This document shows, one piece after another, positions 23,406 through 36,293 of a stretch of DNA of 64,000 nt. How positions within the stretch are numbered: position 1 is the stretch's first letter; every line of letters starts with the position of its first letter. Source of the DNA: Octopus sinensis (taxonomy: Eukaryota); NCBI RefSeq assembly GCF_006345805.1, contig NC_043006.1, positions 12,834,001 to 12,898,000 on the forward strand. Direction: 5' to 3'. Position numbers and translations under genes: made by a program. The notes beneath the pieces were generated by a model. The model was not told the origin of the DNA. It made no database searches and saw only the letters and a list, made by a program, of their open reading frames with translations.

Positions 23406-25861
23406 ATATGAATATGATATAATGGACAAACCTTTCTCAAATCTCCCCCTAGGCTTTTGTATCCGAAAAATGCTAGATGGTTGCAGCTGGCAAGTTTTTC
23501 TATCATAAATCTACTCGGAGCTGAGGTAAATCTAAAAGTAGCTACTCTGAAGATTTCTTTCCTTAAGGTAGCACAACGTTTATTGGTAGAGAAGAAACGA
23601 GGTAATAGATGAGCCCATAGCCTACTCAATCGCATGTGATTTAGAACTTGAAACGACAGTTCGAATACACCCCCAATTAGTTATCGATTTAGAATTACGC
23701 CAGGAGAGAATATCTCAGAGAACTAGGGTGCTCACAGTTAGCTGAATACAATCCTAAACACAGCAACTCTAAAATTCTCTTCGTTATCAATCAAGCAGTA
23801 CTACAATAGAAGATGCTTTAGGAAATTAGTATTCTCACTCTGTGTTTAGTCACAAGTGATTTAGAGTTAAATCCTACCATTTCGCTGTCTAGCAAGAAGT
23901 ACAATAAAAATACACAAGGAAACTAGTGTGTTCGTAGTCAGTTAATCAAATGCTGACAGTGCTAAAAACCAACCACTCTAAAATTCTTCTCATTCGTAAT
24001 TTAGAAAGAAATACAGTAATATGGTATGCTAAAGGAAAATATATGTTTTAAGGTACTGTAAATTCTAAAATGTCTGGGTTTTTTTACTGCGAAGTTAACC
24101 TTCTATTGTAAGTGTAATTTGGTGGGGAATAGGCCTCACCAAACTAACATACCATTTACGTGTCCTCAACATTATTGTTCGGTTCAAAGTCGTTATTCAA
24201 TTAAACTCAAAACCATGATCCAACTCAACTCAAGATCATTATTTTATGCAAAACAATTTCCTTGTTGTCTTCAAATCAAAATCATTATTGTCTTTGCATA
24301 AACCAAACGATCGAACGAAAGAGCCAACAATCAGTCGCTCACTATGTCAGAAATAACAGCAAAAAGCCCCTCCCCCAAGACCAAAACAAACAGTCTACAA
24401 TAAGGAATGATATCTTGGACAAGGATGACCATGGCTGGAATGTCTTTGTTCAAATCTGCTCAATTACGATTCATCGTGGGTTAAATAACACATAGTACAT
24501 GAATCAAACCTATAGCTAGTTGCTTTTAAATTAATTCAAAATATACTAAGAGCAGAGCGGAAAGTAATTTGATTTGTGATGTTCATGTATATCCATGGGA
24601 TGAAAAGATCACAAATAATATTGTTTTAGCTGGGAACTGGAACCTCATCTTGGACCTCTGCTCGCTAAGATATAACGTGTTGAAATATTTGATACAGTTT
24701 ATGTTTGGTTAAATTTGTAATAAACGTGAAGTAGAAAATAATAACGTTTATTTATTTTATTGGCTAAAAGTCGTACATGATACTCTTAACATTGAACATA
24801 AAAGAAACAGTCTAAATATACAAAAGCAAAATGTACTAATGGGAAATTATTTCGCAGAGTTAATTAGCGTTTTACTTGTATGTTGATAAATAACAATGTC
24901 TTGGAGTGTTAAGAGATGCATTAATGAGATCGACTGACAACGTAGCAACGAATGAAATATTATAGAACGCCGAGTCAGTTCGGATATATGACATCTGTAA
25001 AACACTTCCATATACTACGTTACTCTTATCAAGGTATTGATTTTAATAAAGCAAGTTTCGAAGAAATGGGAATATTAGTTTCCGTTATAACACATTGTTA
25101 TTGAAAAGTCTGCCAATATGAAGATGTGGAAAGTATCAAAATAAATGCATGTACTCACGAATTCTCGAAAGTATTGATATTTGAGGTAAGTCCTGTTTGT
25201 ATTCCTCGGGTTTTAGCGAAAAGATTTAAGCGATGCACCTGTAAAATTAACAAAATTGATTATGAGTAATGAAAATATTCTTTTAATTATACAAATTTAA
25301 AATTGGTAATTACATCGTAAAACATGCGTCTAAATAAACAATAGTTTTCCATTTTACATTTGTTCCTTGAGGTGATAAAAATTTCGTCGCGCCACTTTGT
25401 CCGAGTTACTAGATAACTAAAATGGCTCCATTTCCGGTTTCAAAAATGGATCACAATATTGTTAAACTTTAAATTACTACAGAAGTAAAATTCCAAAATA
25501 TTTTTCAATGTTCGTGCTGCAATTTTTAAAACACTGCCGTATGGGCATGTTTAGCCTTAAAAATAGCATTTCCTTATCTGGTTGTAGGCATCCGGTCTTT
25601 AATATAAATAATCGCTTCTTATTTAGACACACATCCATCACCTTTATGAATTTATTGCTTATTTCTTATGGTTTTGTAAAAATTATTCAAAAAAAACATT
25701 ATCCTTTCATTGCACGCGCTTAGCCTGCACTTTGCTTAGCGAATATATAAAGATATCATCTTAGCATTTTCTGAACCTCAGATCAAAGTGAGACAACGTT
25801 ATATATTCCAATTAGATAAACTGCATTTTATCACTTATTTACACACGCACACACATATATG

Positions 25862-26060
25862 TGTGACCTCGTGTGTACCGTTGGCGATTTTTTTTCCTCT
25901 GTCTTCCCTTCTCTGGATCTTTCCTTCTCCTATGTTTCCGACGAAGAGCTCCGCTCGAAACGTTAAACCCTCCTTCTTCCTTCTTTCCTGAGCGTCCAAT
26001 AATACTATATTGTTTCACGTCCTCACGTTGTTGTGTTTTTTTGTGATTTCTTGTTTGGAT

Positions 26061-26065
<5 letters not shown>
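25862..26065 (+). mobile_element. Penelope-like terminal (pLTR-type) fragment
   Basis: Pyrimidine-rich leader, GACGAAGAGC...GCTCGAAACGT motif, downstream TGAGCGT..AATAC shared with 62390-62560; adjoins (TA)n. Confidence 0.6.
25934..25968 (+). ncRNA. minimal type I hammerhead ribozyme motif
   Basis: GTTT / CCGACGA A / GAGC-TCC-GCTC / GAAA / CGT T / AAAC; stem I GTTT:AAAC, palindromic ACGT stem III; C in place of U at core position 4. Confidence 0.6.
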
Positions 26066-26113
<48 letters not shown>

Positions 26114-26177
26114 GTATGTGTTTGTGTTTATGTATGTCTTTCAATCACTCTCACTCTCTCTCTCTCTCTCTCTGTAT

Positions 26178-26214
<37 letters not shown>

Positions 26215-26309
26215 GAGTGTATTTTTTACCTTGTTAACATTAACAGTGGAACTTTCGAAACATGTGTCGAAAGTAAAAATATTTGATTACACCTGCGTAA
26301 CTCCATTTT

Positions 26310-26358
<49 letters not shown>

Positions 26359-26386
26359 GTATATGTATATATATTCATACACATAC

Positions 26387-26432
<46 letters not shown>

Positions 26433-26894
26433 TATATATATATGAGTACGTATCTACGTTAAAAATTTAAGTTTTCGGTATGTTTGTTTTACAGATGTTA
26501 ACAATTTAATTAATGACTTGCAATTGTAATTTATTTATTACGGTTAAGCAAAGCTGAATTTGTGGAATTTGATTAACAACTTTACAGATAAATGATGAAC
26601 TGTAGAAACTTCGGGAAATTTCGCTTGACTTTGTTTGCCGTTTGGATTGTATGATTGAGAATCAATGCATGTCTGTGTTTTGATCAAAACCCACTTTATC
26701 CAGACAGGTTACGCAGGTCACACCAGCTGATCATATATATATAATCTTCCTCGCTAATTTTTTATAGAAATGTTCGTATCCTCAGTGGAGTTGACCCACA
26801 TAATAAAACAAATTTTTTTTTTTCGAAAATAATTGCAATTATTTCTTTAAATTCAATTCGATAAAATACACAAAAAATCTTACTCTACTGTGTG

Positions 26895-26990
26895 TGTGCA
26901 ATTCGGTTATTTCTAGATTTCTTGTCACTGGAGAAAGAGTTGATTTCTAATCTCGATCCAGGACTTCTTCATTGGAATTTTAAAAACGGT
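26895..26990 (+). repeat. old ~100 bp interspersed repeat, unclassified
   Basis: AGATTTCTTG..AGAAAGA..TTTCT..GATCCA.G.CT.CTTCATTGGAATTT shared with 40003-40108. Confidence 0.7.
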
Positions 26991-26993
26991 ATT

Positions 26994-27412
26994 TACTCTT
27001 TTACTCTTTTACTCTTTTACTTGTTTCAGTCATTTGACTGCGGGCATGCTGGAGCACCGCCTTTATCGAGCAAATCGACCCCGGGACTTATTCTTTGTAA
27101 GCCCATTACTTATTCTATCGGTCTCTTTTTGCCGAACCGCTAAGTGACGGGGATATAAATACACCAGCATCGGTTGTCAAGCAATGCTAGGGGGACAGAC
27201 ACAGACACACAAACATACACGCATATATATATATATATATACATATATACGACGGGCTTCTTTCAGTTTCCGTCTACCAAATCCACTCACAAGGCTTTGG
27301 TCGTCCCGAGGCTATAGTAGAATACACTTGCCCAAGGTGCCACGCAGTGCGACTGAACCCGGAACCATGTGGTTGGTAGGCAAGCCACATACCACACAGC
27401 CACTCCTGCGCC
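26994..27412 (-). mobile_element. SINE group B, full length
   Basis: Near-identical to 21446-21865. Confidence 0.95.
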
Positions 27413-27544
27413 TATTTGTACATATTTCTGTGTGTATGTACAATATTTTGGGTCATCGCAAGTGCTGAATTGCATTCGCGTGTCTAAACATGTGCATGTG
27501 TGCTTAAAAGTTTAATTTTTTGTAAGATTTTTTCCTATAGTGAC

Positions 27545-28115
27545 AGTTACATTGATGGCTTGCAACTGTAATCTTCTAATTAGCACAATTTCTCAAGATT
27601 GGTACCGATGCAGTTTTCCATAAATCTTAGTACTCCAATAATTACGGGTACAAACCTGAACCTATATTCCGGATAGAGTAGCTGCAGATTTTTCAATATT
27701 CCAGCATATCTGTTTTCTTTCTTACTGATCATTAGTTTTATACTTATTTCTTTATTACCCACAAGGGGCTAAACACAGAGGGGACAAACAAGGACAGACA
27801 AAGGGATTAAGTCGATTACATCGACCCCAGTGCGTAACTGGTACTTAATTTATCGACCCCGAAAGGATGAAAGGCAAAGTCGACCACGGCGGAATTTGAA
27901 CTCACAACGTAACGCAGACGAAATACCGCTACGCATTTCGCCCAGCGCTCTAACGTTTCTGCCAGCTCGCCGCCTTCATTAGTTTTATACTGGCATCCAG
28001 CATGCGATAGATTCCAACCACTGTACATATTTTCTCTGTCTCAAACCACTATGTTGATCTATTATCTTTGCATTTTATTGAGGCTTTCACTGGGACATTC
28101 CACCAGTACATTCAC
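27545..28115 (-). mobile_element. RLE-type non-LTR retrotransposon fragment of a second lineage, split by a SINE
   Basis: YWWNVPVKASIKCKDNR.., CTVVGI..LDASIKLM | ISKKENRYAGILKNLQLLYPEYRFRFVPVIIG..CIGTNLEKL. Confidence 0.75.
27745..27975 (-). mobile_element. SINE group C, full length
   Basis: Consensus copy; 16-bp TSD TCATTAGTTTTATACT at 27729-27744 and 27976-27991. Confidence 0.95.
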
Positions 28116-28131
28116 ATATCATGTATGTATA

Positions 28132-28562
28132 GGCGCAGGAGTGGCTATGTGGTAAGTAGCTTGCTTACCAGCCACACGGTTCCGGGTTCGGTCCCACTGC
28201 GTGGCACCTGGGCAAGTGTCTTCTACTATAGCCTCTGCCCGACCAAAGCCCCGTGAGTGGATTGGTAGACGGAAACTGAAAGAAGCCCGTCGTATATATA
28301 TATATATATATATATATATCTATATATATATATATGTATTTATATGTGTGTGTTTGTGTGTCTGTGTTTGTCCCCCAACATCGCTTGACAACCGATGCTG
28401 GTGTGTTTACGTCCCCGTTACTTAGCGGTTCGACAAAAGAGACCGATAGAATAAGTACTAGGCTTACAAAGGATAAGTCCTGGGGTCGATTTGCTCGACT
28501 AAAGGCGGTGCTCCAGCATGGCCGCAGTCAAATGACTGAAACAAGTAAAAGAGTAAAAGAGT
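28132..28562 (+). mobile_element. SINE group B, full length
   Basis: GGCGCAGGAGTGGCTATGTGG...AAAAGAGTAAAAGAG; TATGTAT on both sides. Confidence 0.95.
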
Positions 28563-28627
28563 ATGTATGTATGCATGCATGTAGGGATCCACATTCGTCA
28601 GCTGAGAATAACATGGCCTCACCTAAA

Positions 28628-28845
28628 GGATTTTTCTCTTTCTCTTTTACTTGTTTCAATCATATGACTGCGGCCATGCTGAAGCACGGCCTTTAGTCGA
28701 GAAAGTCGACCCCAGGACTTATTCTTTGTAAGCCTAGTACTTATTCTATCGGTTTCTTTTACCGAACCTCTAAGTTACGGGGACGTAAGCACACCAGCAT
28801 GGGCTATCAAGTGATGTTGGTGTGACAAACACAGACACACAAACA
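28628..28845 (-). mobile_element. SINE group B, 3' half
   Basis: CTTGTTTCAATCATATGACTGCGGCCATGCTGAAGCAC...AAACACAGACACAC. Confidence 0.85.
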
Positions 28846-29977
28846 AAAAAGTTATTAACTAGATCTCTTGTAATTTCTGGAAGAGATTTGAAAACACAAC
28901 CTATGTGCTTTATTACTACTTCTCAACACCCTTGAATACTGGGCCACCGAAGCAGTAACAGGATCTATAGGAATTTGTGTTATTTCATATACCTACAACA
29001 TTATGGTCTTTAATGAGCATTATTAGGACCTATACCATGATTCACACGAAATTGCTGTCAAGATTACCAAACACATTGTGTTTATTTTATATTCTTTATT
29101 TTGTACTCTGTATTTTGTATTCTGTAATTTTGCACTCTGTAAGTATATTATTCGGTTGAATTTTTATAAAGTTTTGATTGGAATCAAATGGTCCCTAAGT
29201 ATGCATACTCTATAGATCTTTCGTCATATTTGTTTTACTATAGATTCTGGTACGTTCAAACATCGAGAGATAGTCCCAGACGGCAGAATATCTATTATCA
29301 CACTTCGACCAGAAGACACATATAAGTTAAAAGTACAACTTTGTGATACTATATCACGCTCATTTTTTCACATTAAGATTCAAAATTGTTTGTGGCATAT
29401 TTAAGGCCAATTCAAGTCACATGTAATTTTCACTGAATATTCACACAATATACTTCGACTGCCTCATCGAAAGCGACGGTGATCGGTTCTTACTTTATGC
29501 ATTATGTATACATACCGACCTTTGTATAGCATATAGATGTTTTACATACAAAACTAAAGTACTAAAATCTTCAATGTTTGATTCTAATTATCAATATATC
29601 TATCAATGGATATATCGATTTATTACAAGCTGTGGTTGAAATGATAACATTTACAATAACGACTATTACTTTTTATATTGCTAAAATATGTGCGAAACGG
29701 CAATTAAACTGTAACACGAAGTAAGTTCTTCTTTGGAAATATGGGAAAGTGTCTAGTGCCGTATGTTATAATAAGGGGGTCGAATTAGATTATCGTTTTC
29801 GTGTAAGCAACAAAGCGAAAGTATGTAGTGGGATAACGTGTTGCAACAAAATCACATACATGTATGTAGGCATATATGCATATACGTATTATTCGAAGTC
29901 ATAAAGGCGAGAAGAAAATACGTAAAAAGAGAATGGGGGTAAAAAGGAAACATTACAATATTTGAATTCATTCAAAC

Positions 29978-30045
<68 letters not shown>

Positions 30046-30660
30046 CATATATACATATATATATATGTAATATATATATATATATGTATATATATATTTA
30101 TATAACATATAATACACATCCATACACATACATACGCATAAACACACGTATATATATCCGCTAGCCTTATACAAATGGTGATGGTGACCTCAGTCACCAC
30201 AGTGTTTTTTCTTTCACTCGTTTCGCAATCTCAATAGAAAATGCATGAATACAGGTATAGGTGTAAATGTTATGTTTGCTATTTATTCATATACAGAGAG
30301 TAGTAAATTCTCAAGGAATATAAAAAAAAAAAAAAAAAAATCAAGATATGTTATCTCTTGTTGCATCGACAATTAGCGTTAGAAAACACATCGTATAATT
30401 GTTTGTTATTGGCAAATTAGCGCTGAGGCTGTAGAGGTACTCCATAAATCGAACGTTGAGGTTATGCCACAAGACAATTATGTCAAATTTCATTTATACA
30501 GAATGAAAAATGTGAAGGGTGAATTTGCTAACAGGGTCGAAGGTTCAGCGAAAAAATCCCTAGTTTCATTCTTGCAAGTGGATTCTGAACATTCATTGGC
30601 ATCCGATTAGTATATAAATATATATATATACATACATAAATATAGATATATATTATATAT

Positions 30661-30706
<46 letters not shown>

Positions 30707-31128
30707 CATACATAATACACACACACATATATATATATATATATAAAATAGTAATGCAATACGAGAGTATTGCTTTCTAGTAAAGGATAGCCCGTGTGGG
30801 TAAAATTATACATAAAAGTAAATATCGGTACTTCGTTGTGCCATTTATTTACTTTTATAGATATATATATATATATACATTTATACATAATGTTATTAAT
30901 ATCACTTATAATAGTTCTAGTCATCAATTTGTATGTTTGATAGATGTCTGCATATAGTATTACATTTACATATATGTTTATGCTTTTTTATATATACGTA
31001 TATGAATATACCCGCATTCACGTTCGTACACATACACATACGCACGCGCACAAACCTACTCAAAAACTCACACACAAACACACATAGGCACACACATGTA
31101 TATGCACGTATATACTTTGTTGCACCTA

Positions 31129-31496
31129 CAGTGAGTCATTATGCCAATATTATTAACACACGCGCTGGTCCTGTTCCAGTTCCAGTCATTTATTATGAGC
31201 CAATTGGTTAAATATCCAATGAACTAATCGTCTGTTTCTTTACTTTAGTTAAATAGTAAGTCAATTGTTTTTCTTTTGTTTGTGAAAGCTCTTTCTTTGC
31301 TACTTGCAACATTTTCAATTCAAGTAGCAACGAAAGGGCATTGACATACAAACACAAAACAAATGACTTGCTGTTTAAACAAATTGAACGCACAATCGAT
31401 TTTTTAGTTAGTTGGATATTTAATCAATTGAGTAATAATAAAGGAATGGAATTGAACCAGTGCGTGTATTAATAATATTGGCATAATGACTCTCCC
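31129..31496. mobile_element. Tc1-type MITE with ~100 bp TIRs
   Basis: TA-CAGTGAGTCATTTATGCCAATATTATTAACACACGCGCTGG... is inverted at 31395-31492, roughly 78% identity. Confidence 0.8.
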
Positions 31497-31708
31497 TAGA
31501 CACAGCAAAATTTCTTTTCGATACTCGATTTCACAAAAAATTGTTGCAAACCGAATGCAAAAACGTCTCATATATATACATAAACAAACGATAAAGAAAA
31601 GAAATATATAATATAAACATAAAATATATTCACAAAGTTCAAAGTATGAGAAACAATGCCAGCTGAAGAATTATGTATACGTGTATATGTGTATGCACAT
31701 ATTTATAT

Positions 31709-31740
<32 letters not shown>

Positions 31741-32112
31741 ATATATACATATATATATTCTATATTCTATATTATACATATACAATATTATATATATATT
31801 ATTATATATATATATTATATAATATAGAGAGAGAGAGAGAGAGAGAGGAGAGAGAATATATGTATATAAATATGAAATGTATGTACAATACATGAAATGC
31901 CCCAGCATGACCACAGTCGAATGACCGAAACTGGGAAAAGAATAAAGGGTTCCAATGCGTATATAGGTTTTTGTGCATATGAATAGGATATGTGTGCATA
32001 CATGTATATAATTGTATGAGTATCTATGTGTGTTATATGCATTCATGCATATAGATATAACTAAATATTTACATATTTCTATGTATATACATATATATAT
32101 ATGTATACATTT

Positions 32113-32187
<75 letters not shown>

Positions 32188-33318
32188 GCATATATATATA
32201 TAATATATATTATAATATAATATTATATATACACATATATAACATATATATGGATATCTACATGTGTGTGTGTTATAATAATACAGACTTTCTTTTATGC
32301 ATCTATTAGACAAAAGCTGCCTAGAGAGAAAATTACTAACTTACATCAAACGCAGTTTTATCCTGAGAGCCTTGCTTGCACGGGACAACGGAATAACGTT
32401 CACTTCTTTACATCTCCTATCAACTACTGGCACATTTAGTGTGAAGCCCGAACGCAATCATCCACCCACCTAACTGCAGGTGGAAGCTATTCTTGGCTTC
32501 CCACTCTTGAATATAAAACAACAAAACTAACACACGAAACACCCATTTACACATACTGAAAACATCGTTTTTTTTATTTTATATTCACTATATACATACA
32601 TACATACATACGCATTTGCTCATTTTTAGACGTCAGTTCTAGAAGAGAAAGAAACAGAGAGAACGAGAGATGTCTTTATTCAAATTATATAGACATATTC
32701 TAAATCTATAAGACGTTCATACTGTTTTGACGCTCAAGTTGAATACACACTTAATCAATCTGCTTCTGTTCGTCGTGCTGTCTTTATGATAACATTGCTG
32801 CACCCAGCACGTTCTTTCCTCACCATTACGGTTCATCACCCATTTCTCTTTTAACGAGACGAGATATTTTTTTAGTTATTTTATTGATGTTTTTTTTTTT
32901 CTTTTATATGAGTATGTCATGCTTTTCAGTTAAGTAAGTTGGCTCCTGCTCTTGCTTGCCTTCACTCATACCTAGTGTAATTACTGCTTGTCACCTCCTA
33001 CTTCTTATTTTTTTCTTTCTTTTTTCTTTTTTCCACAATTCTATTGATTTCTGTCTTAGTAGAGTGAGTTCCCCTGTTTTTACTCGCTGTTTAGTTTGTT
33101 TTGTTTTTTTTTGTTTTGTTTATTATTAATTTAATTTCTGCCTTTTTATTTACTTATTTATTATTATTATTTTTTTTTTCGGGTTTGGTTTGGTTTGGTA
33201 AGGAAGAGCATATTTTAATTGACATAGCACCAATATGTGTCATGATCTGTTATGTCTTCGATCCCAAGGTGAGGGTTGGATATTAAAGTCGATTTTTCAC
33301 AGCGAGATTCGAACTTAC

Positions 33319-33427
33319 AAGCAGGTGTTATTAAAACAAACCAAAAAAAAACATAAGTAAACCAGCGTCTAGCCATGCTTGCCATGCACACTGCACATAC
33401 TGCACATACTGCACAGACTGCATGCAC
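33319..33427 (-). CDS. candidate signal-peptide-encoding exon of an unidentified gene
   Basis: AATAG acceptor, MASMARRWFTYVFFWFVLITPA, phase-1 donor T|GTAAGT; hydrophobicity may be an artefact of T-richness. Confidence 0.25.
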
Positions 33428-34194
33428 CTATTCAACTAATTACGTTTAATTAAATAAAAAAATGTATAGTTCAGCTTTATTTGTTTGCTGGGACTATTAT
33501 GTTTGCTGTTTTGAATTCTAACAAAACAGCAGAAATAATTCAAAAGAATTTAGCTGTTCCAGAGCTTCCATATTGTTCTAGCCTGACAAGAAAGAGTCAT
33601 TGCTTTATATATTTTATTTTATTTTATTTTATTTTATTTTATTTTTTTAGTTATATTTCTCATCCTCTTTATACTGTTTAGAATGAAGTTTCAAAGTTTT
33701 CTCATGTTTATAATGATAATTCAATTAATGTGGTTCTGATTGATTTTCAAAATAAATTCTTCCACAATATTTAGCTCTCTGGCGCTTGTCATTAGTAAGT
33801 AATCGATATTAGAACCAAAACATACCCTGTAAAATTTCACTTCAAAACCTGCTGGGATTGTCCTTGCATGGAATAGTCCATTTTTTCTTTGCCTTATTTC
33901 CTCCTCATAATTATTTCCAAATTTCCCTTGAGGAGACATCAAGCTTTTCGGTCATTTCGAAAATTCATGTGCATTTTAAATATTTTCATATTACTAAAAT
34001 GATCTCTGGTCTTCCAACTTCATTTGTTTCATCCCAATATTATAACAATAGGCCGCAATATTTCAGAAATCACTAGAGAGAACGCCATAAAATATTCACA
34101 ATCAATATTCGTAATCAATACTTCCAGCGTTACCGCTATGCACATTGATTTTTTATTACTTTGTTGTTGTTATTATTATTATTATTATTATTAC

Positions 34195-34228
<34 letters not shown>

Positions 34229-34928
34229 ATTTCCAAGTCCCACAATTTGTTCCTTAAAAGGCTGCTTCTCTCTAGAATTATTCTACTCGTGCATAGATGT
34301 TTCACGGGGCGCTTTAGAATGCTGAATACTATTACTATAAAAGAGGTTGTTTTGTGGAAGGAGAGTTGGTGTCAGGGGGTGGATGGGCTAAATTCAATTA
34401 AGATTTCATGCATTAAGGTAATTAGCAAACCATTGAAATAAATTCAGTTTCAACGTGCTAACAAGGGTGGGGGCCTTTTACACTGCCTCTCGACCTGCTA
34501 GATATAGCAGCCGGAGTGTCTGTAAATCATACCGTACACTTTTACAGAAAAGCACACGTTAGATAATGAAGTGTTAAGTATATCTGGAGAAAACTGGTAT
34601 CTACATTGAAAGGGTACCTTTGATCATAAGCCTGCTCACTTCCGGTTAACTAAGAGCTAAAGAAGAACAGTAATATATCAGGTTTAAGAGTTATTGGAAC
34701 ATTATTACGATGTTAACTAAACTAGTTATACGCTTTACACAACGACACAATCCGCATTGAAATTCAGTAGTTAAGTGAATTCATAAACACTTTAATGAAG
34801 TAAGCATTAAAAACAATTATAAATAATCATGCGACGGAGGAAAAACAATATTTCCCGATGAATATTATTGCTTCTTCAGTTTTGGTCAAAGGTGGCTAGA
34901 TAGCTACGCATATATTTCAGTATTTTAA

Positions 34929-35336
34929 GGCGGCGAGCTGGCAGAACCGTTAGCACGCCGGGCGAAATGCGTAGCCCTATTTTGTCTGCCGTTACGTTCT
35001 GAGTTCAAATTCCGCCGAGGTCGACTTTGCCTTTCATCCTTTCGGGGTCGATAAATAAAGTACCAGTTTCACACTGGGGGGGCGATGTAATCGACTTAAT
35101 CTCTTTGTCTGTCCTTGTTTGTCTCATCTATGTTTAGCCCCTTGTGGTCAATAAAGAAATATATATTTCAGTATTTTAAGGCGGCGAGCTGGCAGAACCG
35201 TTGCCTTTCATCCTTTCGGGGTCGATAAATTAAGTACCAGTTACGCACTGGCGTCGATGTAATCGACTTAATCCGTTTGCCTGTCCTTGTTTGTCCCCCT
35301 CTGTATTTAGCCCCTTGTGGGTAGTAAAGAAATAGG
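34929..35336 (+). mobile_element. head-to-tail SINE group C dimer, second copy internally deleted
   Basis: TATTTCAGTATTTT occurs at 34913, 35164 and 35337, before, between and after the copies. Confidence 0.9.
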
Positions 35337-35904
35337 TATTTCAGTATTTTCATACCTTTCTAGCGACCTATAGACTTCACTGTATTTGCGAATAAGTGAT
35401 GAGAGAATACCGACGTAGATGCACAATAATGTAATAATAGTTGAATCGAAAAATAATAATGTATGAAAGAACACATTACGCAGAAACACGTTCGTAATTA
35501 TTAATGTAATGAATTTGCTGCATTAATTAGAAAAAAAGCTTTACGGTGAGGATAAGATAATATCAAAGAATATGTGTTTGGTTTAATGTTACTGAAATAT
35601 CCGTTTGTCAAGGATATGAAAAAGCATCCAGCGTAGTTTAAAAACTATACTGCATTTTAATAAATGATGGAGCCCACGGATAATTTCCAGGGCTTCACAA
35701 GAAGTACCACCCAAATCTGCCTCATATTACACACTTACCGTTTAAGGAAAACAAGGAATAGATTGAGCATTGATACACAGAATGATGAAATTGTCATGGA
35801 GAGAGACTATTTGATTATAGATTTACTTCGTAAAGGTTGTGTTAAGGTTAAACAACATCTATCCACTACGTTAAGCTACCGCGTATTTTCCGAAGGCGCA
35901 CCGT

Positions 35905-36293
35905 GGAGGCGCAATGGCCCAATGGTTAGGGCAGCGGACTCGCGGTCATAGTATCGTGGTTTCGATTCCCAGACCGGACGTTGTGAGTGTTTATTGAGCG
36001 AAAACACCTAAAAAGCTCCACGAGGCTCCGGCAGGGATGTGGTGGTGATCCCTGCTGTACTCTTTCACTACAACTTTCTCTCACTCTTACTTCCTGTTTC
36101 TGTTGTTGTACCTGTATTTCAAGGGGCCGGCCTTGTCACTCTCTGTGTCACGCTGAATATCCCCGAGAACTATGTTAAGGGTACACGTGTCTGTGGAGTG
36201 CTCAGCCACTTACACGTTAATTTCACGAGGAGGCTGTTCCGTTGATTCGGATCAACCGGAACCCTCGGCGTCGGAACCGACGGAGTGCTTCCA
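35905..36293 (+). mobile_element. SINE group A, tail type 1, full length
   Basis: Consensus copy; ATTTTCCGAA on both sides. Confidence 0.95.

Noticed and set aside
23348-23635. Overlapping open frames on both strands
   Set aside because: Partly SINE-derived; no motif or splice support.
29244-29404. + strand open frame DSGTFKHREIVPDGRISIITLRPEDTYKLKV after a good acceptor, faintly FN3-like
   Set aside because: No convincing donor and no recognisable homology; needs RNA-seq.
32347-32505. Minus-strand segment with acceptor and GTAAGT donor
   Set aside because: Stops in all three frames; could only be a non-coding exon, with no evidence.
33721-33942. 73-aa protein-like minus-strand ORF
   Set aside because: No recognisable motif and ambiguous splice signals.
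34480-34660. Old dispersed motif GACCTGCTAGA.ATAGCAGCC (also near 2410, 37335, 45410, 58545)
   Set aside because: Probably an ancient interspersed repeat, but too decayed to delimit by eye.
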